DNA of 64,000 nucleotides from Paramecium tetraurelia (lineage: Eukaryota), in NCBI GenBank assembly GCA_000165425.1, contig CT867992.1, forward strand, positions 124,001 to 188,000, read 5' to 3'. The position numbers and the translations under genes are program-made. Shown piece after piece: positions 14,542 through 28,000 of the stretch (position 1 is the first letter of the stretch; every line of letters begins with the position of its first letter). The notes below the pieces were generated by a model. That model made no database searches. It was not told where the DNA came from and was given only the letters and a program-made list of their open reading frames with translations.

Positions 14542-15989
14542 ATGTAATAAAAGCAAAATTAAGCCAAAATAAGGAATGCCTTGCAATAGTAGCTATTTCC
14601 GAAGATGCAGAAGAAAATAGAGCAACCGAAAACATAGCCTAAAAGGTATAATATGATTCCCATGATTTATATTAAGAGCCATAAGGATAGAAGATGAAAA
14701 CAAACTATCAATAGCATTACCACATATTGAGACTATTGCCGTCAACTTCAATTCCAAGTATCAGCTAGGCAATATGATTGGAGAAGGTGCACATGGATTA
14801 GTGAGAAAAGCCATCAAAGTCGAGACTGGAGAATAGGTAGCAGTCAAAATTTCCAGGAGTGGAGATCCTGAGCTTATCAAAACTTTTACTGAAGCATATA
14901 AAAATACGAGAATACTAGATCATGAGTTCATAATAAAAGTCTACGAATGTTACATAGATGAACAATCAGAAACTTTATATTTGGTAATGGAGTACTCAAA
15001 TTTACGCAGCTTGGAGGATGTAATTAAAAAACACAAGAGATTAACGTAATTGTATATCCTTCAATTAGGGAAGAATAGGCCAAGATTTTGATTAGACATA
15101 TCCTATTGGCCCTTCAGCATATTCACGAAAGAGGAATAGCTCATAGGGACCTGAAACCTGATAATGTATTGATCAACAAAAAGTCTCTTGACATCAAAAT
15201 CATAGACTTTGGAGTCAGTAGAAGATTCAAGAAATACAATGGCGGAGAATTTGTCGACGTGAACATGTGGACTAGAACTGGAAATGTTTATTACACAGCT
15301 CCAGAGATCTTGACTGGAGGAGGCTATGATGAAAGAGTGGATCTCTGGTCCCTAGGAGTCTGTCTATTTCGTATCTTGAGTGGCCAGTTCCCTTTCTTTG
15401 AAGATAGTGTATTGGGAACTATCGAGAAAATATTAAAAGGCAATTTTGAACTTAATGAGGATATTTCCTGGCTTGCTCGTGATTTAATTAAGCGACTCCT
15501 TGATCCCAATCCAGCTCAAAGATTATCAGCGTAATGTATATTTTAGAGATTCACATTATAGTGGCTCTACAGCATCCCTGGCTCTATCATTACTAGATTG
15601 ATCCGATATCACCTAACAGCACCGAACTCATAAGCAAAGCCAATTGCAGGGCTAGTGATGATATTTGTGACATCTCTTAAGGTGGAGACAAGAATGCATA
15701 TTACGGTAGGAACCTTCATATGAGAAGCAACACTATGACCAAGAGTCCAGTCTTGTAGGAACCAAATATTAACACAGATACAAATTCAAAATCTCCCCTT
15801 AATTTATTAAAACAAGAAATCGACGAAGATATTCAATAGTCTCCTTTAATTAAACTGAAAAAAATACAAAATCAAATGAATAAAGAAATCAATATCATAA
15901 GAAAGAAAGAGTCTAATGGACAAGGCTTACTTAGAATTAGGCAGATATTGCAAATGGAAAAATTAGACATCATACATGAAATTTAATGA
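14542..15989 (+). CDS. CAMK-group Ser/Thr protein kinase
   Basis: IGEGAHGLV, VAVK, HRDLKPDN, IIDFGVS, TGNVYYTAPE, DLWSLGV; 3 short introns. Confidence 0.95.
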
Positions 15990-16019
15990 CTATTATAATA
16001 ATAACTCTTAATATCAATT

Positions 16020-17802
16020 TCAGTTTATTATATATTTCAAAGCATTTCTGGATATGTTTGATTTCTTGGTTAGTATGTTTGATAATTAGGGGCAATTTAC
16101 TAGATTGGACCCTATTAGATTTTGTATTGAGGAATTCTAGTAGCCAGTATTGAAGAACTTGGCCTCTTGTTTCTGGTTCATCTCTTAATACAAATTCAAG
16201 ATTTATCTGAATTCTATAAACGAGATAAAATTATCATCATTCAGATCGAATATCTTGAAGATTGCATGCAACTCCTAAGGTTATGCGTTTCTTTGAATCT
16301 TTCTAAAATAATTGTTTATTTATTTACATTAATAATTGAGCAAATTCTTAAAAATTGAGAAGTCCATCAAGGTCTTAATCGAATTTTTAGAATAAATCAT
16401 GAACATTTATATTGAATCTTTGAATTGTTTATTGCAACTTTTAAATGGTTTTCTCAGGATCAAATACAAATGCTTGCATAGGCATTTTATTCATTTGAGG
16501 TGTTGATTAAGATTGACCTAAAAAAGGTTATTATCCCATCTATAAGTTTCGAGGGTCCATATCTTTTTGTTTCCCAGGATAATTTTAGATATTTTTTAAT
16601 GATGGTATTTACTTATTACTCAACATTTTTTGATTCTAACGACCCTTCACTTTTGAAATCACTGCCATCTTTGTATTGTTATCTGTTATCCATTTTTCAA
16701 ATTCCTCCAATGACACAGAATGATCTCCATCCAAATCTAATTTTTTAAATATCACTTAGCAATCTTATCGACTAAGAGTTTAGTCTATTGTATGCAATAA
16801 TTGAACTAATTCTGAAAACTACAATGTTTGATCTCCATTTTCATCAAATTCTTAGAATAAAGTTCGAATATTCAAACTTTATTTGATTATTTTCTATCTT
16901 AATTCATTCATCAAGAACTTGATTTATTCTTCCTTTATATGTGCCTGATAATTCTTAAAATAATCTTTAACCAATTTATGTTTGAATACTTCATCCCAAT
17001 TCATTCTTTCTGATTCCTCCATAGCCAAACAACCTTCTATAAATGATTTCATATCGTCACTAACTGATGTTTAATCATCAGGAAAGTCTAACAATTTATG
17101 TTCAATATTATGCAACAATTATTCTATCCTTGTACCACTCCATGCTGTATAACCATACAGAACATTGTATAATACCATTCCAATCGACCAAATGTCACAT
17201 TTGCTTGTATATTTACTATTCGCCAAGACTTAAGGAGAATGGAATTTAAAGTCTTCATCCTTACGTGATTGATCTGTTTTGAAATTCTCCATACATTTTG
17301 TTAATCCACAATCTGAATAAACTTATTATTTTTACCTGCTAATTTATATCCATTAGCTGTTAACAGAATATTAGTCAATTTTAATCCTCTATGAATTATC
17401 CCGTGGTTTATTAATTCAGTGAACCCTTCCAGAAGATCTATCAAAAGCTTAATACATTCCGATTCAGGTAATTTATGAATTTATTGCAAATAAGTTTGAA
17501 GATCTTATTTACAAAATTCCATGACAACATAATAATTGTTGTCTGTTTGTATTACTTCTACCAGCTAAACTATTTTTGGATGCTTTAATTTTTGCATCAA
17601 TTTAATTTCATCCAACAATGCACATTGGAGACCTTCATCGTCTGTTATGCTATTTTTTTTTATTATCCTTAAAGCATATTGATTTTTCATAGCATCAATG
17701 GCTTTTACAACCTATCCTTAACAATAAATGGCTTACTGTCCCTGTAGACCCCATCCCAAGCATGTCCTTTGGATTATACGAGTATTTGTCAATTTATTTC
17801 AT
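16020..17802 (-). CDS. Kinase-fold protein with four EF hands, predicted pseudokinase
   Basis: YALRII, HRGLKLTN, LADCG, HSPQVL. EF loops DENGDQTLQFSE, DLDGDHSVSLEE, DQDLDGLLNFQE, DLNDDNFISFIE. Stop is at 16037 if the +1 base at ~16136 is removed. Confidence 0.85.
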
Positions 17803-18185
17803 TAAGAAAATTATAATTTCAGCATTTCTTATCCGTAGCGTTGTATATTAAAATTAAGAAGATAATCATTGAAAAATTATAGAATAAAAAGAATTACTGC
17901 TTTTCCTTTTACTCTGAACAACAATTTTAGCTTATATTTATTTCAGTATATTTATTTATAACTCCCTGTCAATATTTATTAATTTCTGAATGTTTATTAA
18001 AATTCTTTTCCAAAATCAATAAAATATATGTATGAACTACAGATTTAGAATGTTTTCAAAAATAAAGACTAAAATGACTTAAAGAATGGAGGACAATCTG
18101 ATATATATGAACAATTACAAATAAAGAAATTAAAATTAGAAATGATTTTATTAAGATTTGGATATTGATATATTGAACTTCATTA

Positions 18186-19354
18186 TCAAAAGACCTCTTC
18201 TCTAATTTGGAGGAATTCTGATGCAGCGCTCAACTTTTAGGTGAGAACTTCTTATAATCTCTCAACAACTTCCAATTATTATTCTCTTTCAAAGGTTTGA
18301 GCTTCATATTGGGATTCTTATTCAGCAGCCCATCTTTCTTAAATGGCCAATGAATCTTCAGCATCTTCAAGGAATAACTATTGAAATTTAGGATTATATT
18401 CTTACAGTTTAATCTTCTAAGTCTTCGACAGCTTCTTAGATGGTGACTTTGAATTAGACGATTGAATTTTCTAAGAATGCCTTTCTTTCAACTAATCTCT
18501 TGTGTTCCTCTTATAAGTGACCGCTTTAGACTTCCCAGTTGGCAGCTTGTCTTTCTTCTGTGGCAAGAAGGGAAGCTCTGCTGGCAACTAATTATTGTCT
18601 GATTTAAGCTAAGAGTTCTAAGATCTTGATGATGCTCTTGTTATCAACCTTGGAGGCTAAGTTGTGTCAAGGCATTGATGAGTGGCTATTACAGTAGAAA
18701 TAGTATTAGTACCTTGAAGAGAGCGATGCTTGGATTCCATCAATTTGGCTTAGACTTTTTCGAATCTACTTTTGAGTTGAGCAAAGGCAACACCAGCTTA
18801 CAAGTGTTAAACGATCTTTGAGGCTTCATCAATGGCATCGATTTAATCAACGTGTTCTGCATCCTTTCTAACCCATGTGTCATGTTATGATTGTCTTGTA
18901 GCAGATTCATCAGCAAAGCTTTTTTCGTTATTGGCAATGTCTGAGGTTACAACTCTGACTTCAACTTCAGCTTCACCCAATGCTTCGGTTGTGGAATCTC
19001 TCAAATTTGAAAGAGCAACAATTTGGGTTTAGTGATAAGCAATTTCTTGTTCTAAGTCAGCAATGATCTAAATAATATTATTATGCTTACCTTTTCGAAA
19101 GCAACTGTATCGCTCTCATGAACTTTATCAGCTTTCTTTTAATCTCCGTTGAGTTGGGAAGCAATATTGTTTAAGAGAATTTGAATTTCACCAACAGGTC
19201 CTCCTGTGGCCAATTAGAGTTGAAGGACTGACAACACTGAATTTCCAAATGAATCTTTGTTAACTTAAGCCAAGATTTCCTTTGGACTTTCTGTCTTTGC
19301 TACTCTAGCAGTTGCGACTGCAAGGATAAGAGTCAATACAGGGACTATTCTCAT
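18186..19354 (-). CDS. Trichocyst matrix protein, T4 family (two +1 insertions in this sequence)
   Basis: MRIVPVLTLILAVATARVAKTESPKEILAQVNKDSFGNSVLSVLQLQLATGGPVGEIQILLNNIASQL recognised as Paramecium T4 TMP; 3 introns; extra bases at 18725 and ~18659. Confidence 0.9.
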
Positions 19355-20051
19355 GTTATTAATATTAATGAAATGAAATCACAATCACTCTCCAAGACAT
19401 TAAAAATTACCCGTTTTTTAATTTATTATCTCACCTTCATTAATACGTTTTTGTTTTTAATTAAAAACTCACTCATTTTATTATTATTTCTAATAAAACA
19501 CTCTTTCATTTCATTCATTGCCTCTCTCAACTATCCTTTTGGTTTATGTTTATCTCAATTATTACCAAACAGATTTTAAAAATCAAAGAACTCTATTGCT
19601 TTTAGATATAATTCACTTTATTTTCGTAATGAAGAAATTAAGATGGGATAAAGGAAATAGGGAGTTAAACATTAAATTAGTACTTTTATAATGAAATATC
19701 AAATACCCAAACAATTATAATCCTTAGATACTAAATGCGTTTACGATCAATTTAAAGATATAAATATAATATGAAATTTAGACTTGAATATGGTAAGTTA
19801 TAGCGAGATAACCATTCCAGAAATATCGCATTTTCAATTCTCTTTCTAAGTCTCATTAAATATAATTTTAAAATCATAAAAGAGTAGATAAATAATTATC
19901 AATTATTTTATAATAGAAAATCTTAAATCTAGTCTAATCTAATGTATCTATTTTTGTAAAAGAGAATACTCTCAAATTTACTATTTGAAAGTATTATCCA
20001 CAAGATGTAATTGAAAATATTGAGATAATTTTATTTTATAAATAAATAAAT

Positions 20052-20668
20052 TCAAATATGCAATAGATTTTTGATTTCTTAATTGTTTATTTACTTAGCT
20101 AATAAATAAGGACTCATCTACCGATAGGGCCATTTCTTCAAATTAGTTATTAATAAATAACTTCTTAGATTAAATGCATATTAGCTCCTTTTGATAACAA
20201 GAATTAAATCATTTTGACATTTTCATCTTTGACCGCTCTATAAAGTAATGTTAAGCCTTAGATGAATTAATCAACTGGGTTCTTCCTAAAGTATTCTTTT
20301 AATTCAAAATATTCTTCATCTTGGTACCACTTTAGCAATTCAACATTTTCTGGTTCAATAGATGATTTCAAGAATCTTTTCCTTATTGTGGATAGAAATT
20401 CAAACGAAGGTTGAGATTATTCAAATTTAGGTGGCTGATTAATAATTGGTTGGTGCAAGGATTGGCTAGCATGCATTCTGTTGAGTCGACTATGAGAGAA
20501 TGATTTGATTTAAGCTTAATATTTGAGGGAGACAATGGAATTAATTTCTGATCTTACAAATTCCATGGCGAGGTGCTATTCGGAGATGTCTTTTTGGACT
20601 TATTTTTCTATGGCTACAATTTTCTTATTTTCTAAAGGTGGTAGGATGTAAGTACTCTTCTTGCGCAT
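20052..20668 (-). CDS. Small protein with C-terminal ankyrin repeat
   Basis: GLTLLYRAVKDENVKMIQFLLSKGAN..SPYLLAKQINNQEIKNLL; one 26-nt intron. Confidence 0.75.
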
Positions 20669-20699
20669 TTAATTATTTAACAATAAAATTATTAAAAGT

Positions 20700-21181
20700 A
20701 TGAAATCAAAATAGGCGTAGACACCTGAATAGATATTACACATTCTGAGATCTTTCAAGTCCTTAATGGGGAAATAAAACTCCATGAGTCCATAGACGAG
20801 ATGTCAAACTTGTGTTCAGACTGTGAAAAAGGAGGGAAAATAAACATTTGATTGTTTACTAACATCTCCAATGGTGATGATGGAGGATTAAGAATGCGTG
20901 AGGGAGGGAGTGGAGGAGAAGATAGAGATTTTGTCGAATCAAATAAAGTAAATGCAGGTAAAATAGGAGCAATTGGAGAGTCAACACTATTAATTAAGCA
21001 AGAATGTAAAGAAGTTAAATCTCGATAAAAAACAACAATTGCAAGTATGAAATAAGAATAATCAATTAAGGAAAGGAGTTAGATGGTAAGAAAATTGGAT
21101 TAGATGATTGATATCCAGACAAAGTAGGAAGATAATTTAAATTAGTTAAAGTAACTATTTGCCTCTCGAAAAATAATTTGA
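20700..21181 (+). CDS. Hypothetical coiled-coil protein
   Basis: Open ciliate-code frame, one 26-nt intron, Q/E/K heptad-rich. Confidence 0.7.
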
Positions 21182-21332
21182 CAATCTTTATAAATATATA
21201 GTTAAACAAGGAAGAATGGATCATTATTAGTATACTCTATATTATTTGTTTGTTTTTTTCAAATATTTTAGACAAAAAGATTAACAAATTATTATTTTAT
21301 AAAAACTATTCTCAACAAACAAACAAAATATA

Positions 21333-22896
21333 ATGAAAAAACAAAGTGAGAATGATAGGATAGCCTAATAAATATATACCTCTTAGATGTAGAAATTGTA
21401 GGGCAAGATATTAGAAAAGAAACTCACTAAAGTGTGTTCAAAACAGCAATTTGAGAGCCAATCATAAAATATCTCGAATAACAACAGTCCTGTGATGGGA
21501 CGTTAAAAGTCGTTTGAAAATTTATAGAAGGTGAATAGAACATTCGTAAATCCCACTCTTCAGGTGTCTCAACAAAAATTGAGTAGCATTTTAAATGTCA
21601 TGGCAGGCTAACAGACGAAACCCAAAATTTAGGGTTTATTTAATAATGAATTAATGGATACTGTGAAGATCACTCATAAAATACGTAAGAACTAATCCAT
21701 GATCTAAATTGATTAACCATCACCCTAATTAACTAAGAATTCCTCATTTCATCGTCCCAACTCAAGTGTCAAAATAAAGAATAGTAATAGTGTATCCTAT
21801 GAGTAATCATAATTATAGAAAGTTAAAGACAATATCAAATAACTATTATAAGAGAGAGATAGTAATTGGTAGTAGGATTAGAAGGAGATTGCCTTCATGA
21901 TTAAACTAAACTAATCATTAAACCAATTACTTTCCATAATCTTTTATGAATAACCAAATACATAACCTACCTCGACTTAAGATACAAATTCGAGTCTACA
22001 ATTAGATCATTTCTTCAAAAGATAAATTTCTATATTATAACAATCCTTCACTTAATAAACGGAAAAGAAAAAACTTGAAAATATTCTCACTTCAATCAAA
22101 AGAAAACATGAAAATATGCTCAATGACTACAATTAGTTAATAGAGTAGAAGAAATCTTAGGAGGAAGTAATTAAGAATTTGTAATCACAAATTCAAGGAT
22201 TGCAATCCAAAATAAATACATAATAAAAGGAAACGAAGACTGAGGAAGGTATTTATTAGATAATAACCAATAGAATTCTTAGAATTGAAGTATCTCGTAT
22301 AAGGACAATTCGAGGCAATCTAAAAATTATTGTAAAGAGAATAGTTGACAAAGATATTTTTAAAGAGAGTAGGAGACAGTTCAATTTTAGAGTATCTATC
22401 TTTAATCATATCTTTTAGAATGTTTGATTAGTTTATCTAAAATGCTGAACAAACAAGCATGGATGACACTGAGGGAAATCTGAATATTGATGTTTTACCA
22501 TCAAATAAGTTGATAACTCAAAAGAAATTAGTAGCAATGTAAGAATAAATGGGCTTACCTGAAAAGATTCTATCCTAATATGAAGAGAATTACAAAGAAT
22601 AATTAAATTTATACGATTCTTTGTTGGCTGATGATTCTAGTAAGAAATGTATCTATATTTTATAGGAGTCAATGATTCAGAAGAAAGCAGTTTCGGTTAT
22701 TTAGGGAAAGAGTAGGCCACCGAAATTAGTTGTTATTTTAATGATGCTGACTAATTCGTATAGACTTAACATAAGGGAAAGGGGATTCATACAATTTCAA
22801 AGGAAATGTTGAAGATAAATATGATGGGTGTACAATTGGCTTAGGCTGCGTAAGAATTAATAATAATATCTTTAGTTTAAAACGTCAAGAAATAGT

Positions 22897-22931
<35 letters not shown>

Positions 22932-23014
22932 TACTTTAATAAAAGATCTTACCAGATGATTTGATGGATAATGAAAACGAAGAATCTGAGGAGAACTTTT
23001 GTGATGATGAATGA
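21333..23014 (+). CDS. Hypothetical low-complexity/coiled-coil protein with poly-Q and acidic tail
   Basis: Long ciliate-code frame with short introns; ends DNENEESEENFCDDE-TGA. Confidence 0.75.
22901..22930 (+). repeat. (TAA)10 microsatellite encoding poly-Gln
   Basis: Ten in-frame TAA codons inside the CDS. Confidence 0.9.
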
Positions 23015-23149
23015 TAATTATCATTGGTGATAATTATGTTTGCTCGTTCTATATATGTATATTTCGTATAAGGTTTTAATGCTATTATTATTATTATTAA
23101 TTTAAATATAATAAATAGAAGAGATTTAAAATCAAAAATTTGTAAAAGT

Positions 23150-24247
23150 TCAAACCCATTTCTTAAGTTTACCTTTGAACCAGAATCCTTTCTTTTCGTT
23201 CCCTTCCTTGTCTAAGAATATTCCCATGCCGTCTTACAACCCATTCTTCCATTGTCCCTTATAACAACGACCATCACTATAATTCATTTCTCCGTATCCA
23301 TGTTTAAGTCCTTCCAAATATTGGCCTGTGTAAATTCGACCTGAAAAATAAGTTTAATAACAATTATCAAATACCATCACCCCACTTCATAGTACCATTT
23401 CCATGTTTATTTCCATTCTTCCAATAACCCTCGAAAACTTTCTTTCTATCTGGCCAAATCTAATAATAAGAATGAAATTTACGAATGTCCCATATCCATG
23501 AAATTAGTCATTTTCAAATTCTCCCTCATATACACAACCATCAGCCAATCGAATTATCCCAAGTCCATTTTTCATACCCTCCTTGAATTTACCTTCATAG
23601 GAAGACTTGTCCTTGTAGATCTCTTTACCCATCCCATGTTGTAATCCTTTCTTCCATTCACCTAAACATTTTAACATCTGATACCTTAATAGATGCGACC
23701 ATCAGAATAGACATACTCGCCATTCCCATGGAACATACTGTCAAGCCACTGTCCTTTATACATCTCGGTACCGTTTACGTATGTTGCCTCTCCTTAAAGT
23801 TCATTGGAAGCCCACTATGATATTATTATTATAATATTACAGTCCCCTCGACATAGCTATGAATAATAAATATAAAAGATACCATCTATCTTGGAATTAA
23901 TATTTACCTTTTCCATTAGCTTTGCCATCCTTCCATTCTCCCGTATAGATAGCTCCGTTCTTCATCAAAATTGAAGATTAATCATAATCGTGGAGTTAGT
24001 TAGGATCAAAGCAGAATTTCTACTGCTCCACTTGAGTGGGTGCTGAAGTCTCTGGAGATTGTAAAGTTGTCATAAGAGATTTACGAGCCTTATGACCTCT
24101 GTAGAGTGCTTATATTATGACGATTTTATTCTCATCATAAATAGCAGTACTATCCTCCTTGATGACTGTTTCTGTTTACTTGTGCCCACTTGAATCCATT
24201 GTGGGTAAATCTTCAGTTATTATTGGTTAACTCTTGCAAATGCCCAT
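23150..24247 (-). CDS. IQ-motif + MORN-repeat protein, MGIC N-terminus
   Basis: IIQALYRGHKARK IQ motif; repeated YxGxWxxGxxHGxG; includes a 16-nt micro-exon near 23841-23856. Confidence 0.92.
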
Positions 24248-25059
24248 TCGGAATACTTTTTATCAAAATTATTTTATATTATCAAAATCCTTACTTATTT
24301 GTGAGGCTATTATAAAAGAGGTGATAAAACAATTGGTCTATATAAACAATTAGCTTAAATGGACCACAAACTCTCATTAATAGTATATTATTTATACAAT
24401 ATATTTAAACATATTTCCAGAACCAATACAGAACACAACAAATATATATCCACAATTTGCCAAAAAGCTGTGGATCACAACATATAATTTATTTAAATTT
24501 GGGGATTTCCAACTCTACTCCTCTTAATTGTATATTAAAAAAATAATTTAAATGTAATAGAGAATGCAGTACCTATCATTGTTAATTAATATAATAAATT
24601 TATTTACTTACAATTTTTTTAATTAATTTAACTAATTTAAAGTATTTATTATTACGCTTGACAACGAATTATAAGTTGTATTATAATATGTATTTGTATT
24701 TATTTTTAGAATAAATTAAATTGAAAATTTTTAGATTACACTTCAACAACTTTAATAGCACCTCTCAAGAATGACAAGGTAAATCACTCATTAAATTCGT
24801 AATCCCTTTGGAGAAGATTGGTTGAGGAAAGAAATTGAAATTTAAAAATTTGGATAGTTTTACAATGTACAATAATAATTTTGAGACTTAGCATGGACAA
24901 TTGGAAATCAGCTTTATATTCAATCTAAAATTAAACAAAACAAAATAAGTATATTGGTTTTTGACTAGAAATTAACCATTATAACTTGAAACTAAAAACA
25001 GGCGTAGACAATAAAATATAAAATCATATCTCCTTATAAAATGATACTTTAATATATCA

Positions 25060-28000
25060 TCATTTAATTAAATCATCCAAAGCTTGATTAAATTCGGTTG
25101 GTACAACAGATTTATAAGGATATAAATCAATAGCTTGTTAATTCTATTCTTCGAATTGCTGTTAAATCAAACCCTTTATTTCAGGCTTAATAGTGTTTAA
25201 ATACTCTTTAGTTTTAGCTGATAATTCCAAAGACAACTTCGGCTGATTAAAGAAAATCAAATAATTTTAAAACTTTTTAATCGAATCTAAATATATGGAT
25301 TTATAATTTACTAATTAAATCTGCACTTTTTGCTTGTATGTCCTTTAGAAATTCAATCAAATATTCTTCTTCTACAGGAGAACCCTCCTTGATGTTTCTA
25401 TTCAAAAATGATTTCTCCTTCGGCTTTCTCTTTCTAACTCCTGTAGTCACAGACATTGTGTAGGATGACTTTGACATTCCTGATTTCCCACTTACATCGC
25501 TCATCTGATCAAAATCGGCATTTATTTAAGATGGTGCCAAAATACCATGTTCTTTCTTCTACTCTTAGACTATTCTTAATCTCTCTAATTTTTAAATGAA
25601 CAAATGTTGTTAATTCAATAAATGGTTCACTTTCAAAGAGAATGCCAATTATAAATGATCATCAATATTTATTTATTTGTGTCTTAAGCATTATGCAACA
25701 CTTTCCCACTCTTCTGCTTTACAATAATAATGAATAGCTTATTCATGATTCTTCAAATACTCTTAAACTTATCCACAATCCTTCCATCTTCCAGCTGCCA
25801 ATAATATCTAATTATAGTTTAACAAATAATCCTCCTTTGGGTCAAATGATAGAATTCTTTTTGTATCTAATATTTCAGAAGATGCTTAAACTGCTTTCTC
25901 ATATAATCCAGCACTTTCATAAGCTAAAGATGCTTAATGATATTATTTTTGATTATTCAAATATTCTCCCAAAGCCTCCTTTACTTTTTTCATCATTCCT
26001 TAATCCTATCTATACACTTCTAAAGCTATTCTGAATCTACTTTATTTTCTAATTAATTCAATAGATTTTTATTTCTATTCCTCATTTCCTTCTGACAACA
26101 CTCTAATAGCCTTATCATAATTCTTTAACTCAATATGAATGGTGGATTTCATATCGATTGGATCTTTTATTTATGAATATCTTTCCAACATAGGCAAATA
26201 TTCTTTAGGATCCTTCTAAGTGAATTAAGCAACCTACTTCACCAAATCGAAATCATAAGTCCCCAAAGCTACTTCAAACATCTTATTAGCATCAGCTAAC
26301 CAGCAAATGTATTCTAAAACTTACTCTGACTTAATTTTGTGATGCTTTCTATTGTAATAAAATTAATTCAATACTTGAAAGGTTTGTGAGTTTCTGGATT
26401 CAAATGAGGAGGGACTTCTTCTTATTATTATTCTATTTGTTTTAATTTCAATGTCTTCAATAGAGCTTCTTCAACTTCGCTGGGTTCCTTCTTAAGCATT
26501 GCTGTCACTATCGTAAGTATATGAGTTTCCCTAAATTTAAAGATATAAAGTACTCCTTCATATTGTCAATCAACTTTTAACAAACATAATTAATTTTGGA
26601 TGTTCCCAAAGTTTTATCCACTATTAACACTTTCTGATGTTTGTACTGTTCGGCCGTCAAAACATAAGGAAGTTCAAAACTGATTTCATTATTTAATGAT
26701 TAAATAAAAAGTTAAAGATATTATTCCGATAACTATTCAATGATCTAGACATCTAATTCACCTGAAAAATCAAACATAAGATTCATGTCCAATTTATGCT
26801 TTCTAATCATTTCAAAACATGTTTTATATTGCTTGCTTTCATAAAGTTATTTGCATAAATGCAATGCCATAACTCTAGGAGCTGTTGTCTCCAAGTTTCC
26901 TCTTGGTATTTAGACGATTAGTCTATCTAAAGAAACAATCGCCAAAATTTTAGCACCTCTTTCTATATTACTAGTATTCAGACTCTTCTTATCAATTTAG
27001 ATTGGCTTATTGAGATCTAGTATATATAAATTATGAAATTAGTCTGCTGTGTTAATAGTAAATGCTAAGAAATGATCAAAAAATGCAAATGAAGTGCATT
27101 CTGCAGTTACTAATTGATTATTTAATGTTAATTTGCTATTAGATTTCAGACAAGCAATCCATTCATTATGCTGTTAGATCTTTATATCATAAACATTTTA
27201 TTCCTTATTTGCCAAATCAAATTCACTTAAGCTTTCTTCTTATGACTAATCATATATAAACTTTTCTCCAAATCTTGAATGCAATATTATTTAATGTCCC
27301 TTTTTAGTTAAAGCAGACACTTAAGTAGGTTAAGAGAACTCTTTTCTCCAAATATTTATAATTTCAAAACTTGGTGAGATCACAACATCCACTAATTTAT
27401 CACTTTCAGCTTCATGTACAACAAAAATAGCATGACAAAAAATGACATCCTATTATTTATCCTAATAACAAATCAATTTATGTGCATATTCAATATCTAA
27501 TTTAACTTTTCCCAACACATTGGCATTATCAAATATTGTTAGAGTTCCATCAAAAGAATAAACATAAATCAATTTATCAAAATAAACTAAATCTATTTGA
27601 CTATCCACTTTTAACTAGAAATGACTTAAAGGGGGTGGGATTACTCCCTTTTTATAATCACTTACTAAAAGGGTATCATAATCAGTCGATAAACCTATAG
27701 TAGTATTATTAAATTGATAATTCAACCAAAAAATGCTCACATTATTTTAATTAAACACTACCAAAGTATTATTCTCAATGAATGTGTAATCTACTACTTT
27801 TTCAAACTTAAATGCTCTTTTTGCATACCATTTATAATTTTATCTTAAATGAACTGTTATTTTGTTTCCCTATTAGACAGCCAAAATAACTCCATCTGGA
27901 CTCCATTTAACATTTGTAGAATCCTCGAATATGTTGAATTCTAAGTGTCTTAATCCATTCTTCTCCCAAAATATAACTTGTTTCTCTTAAATACCAGCAA

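Noticed and set aside
10159..18725. Euplotes-style programmed +1 ribosomal frameshifting
   Set aside because: The sites lack the AAA-TAR motif, TAR is Gln here, and the extra bases fit a merged-allele pattern better.
24448..24475. 7-bp hairpin atccaca..tgtggat in the MORN-ELP1 spacer as an ncRNA
   Set aside because: Too short, with no recognisable RNA-family boxes; expected by chance.
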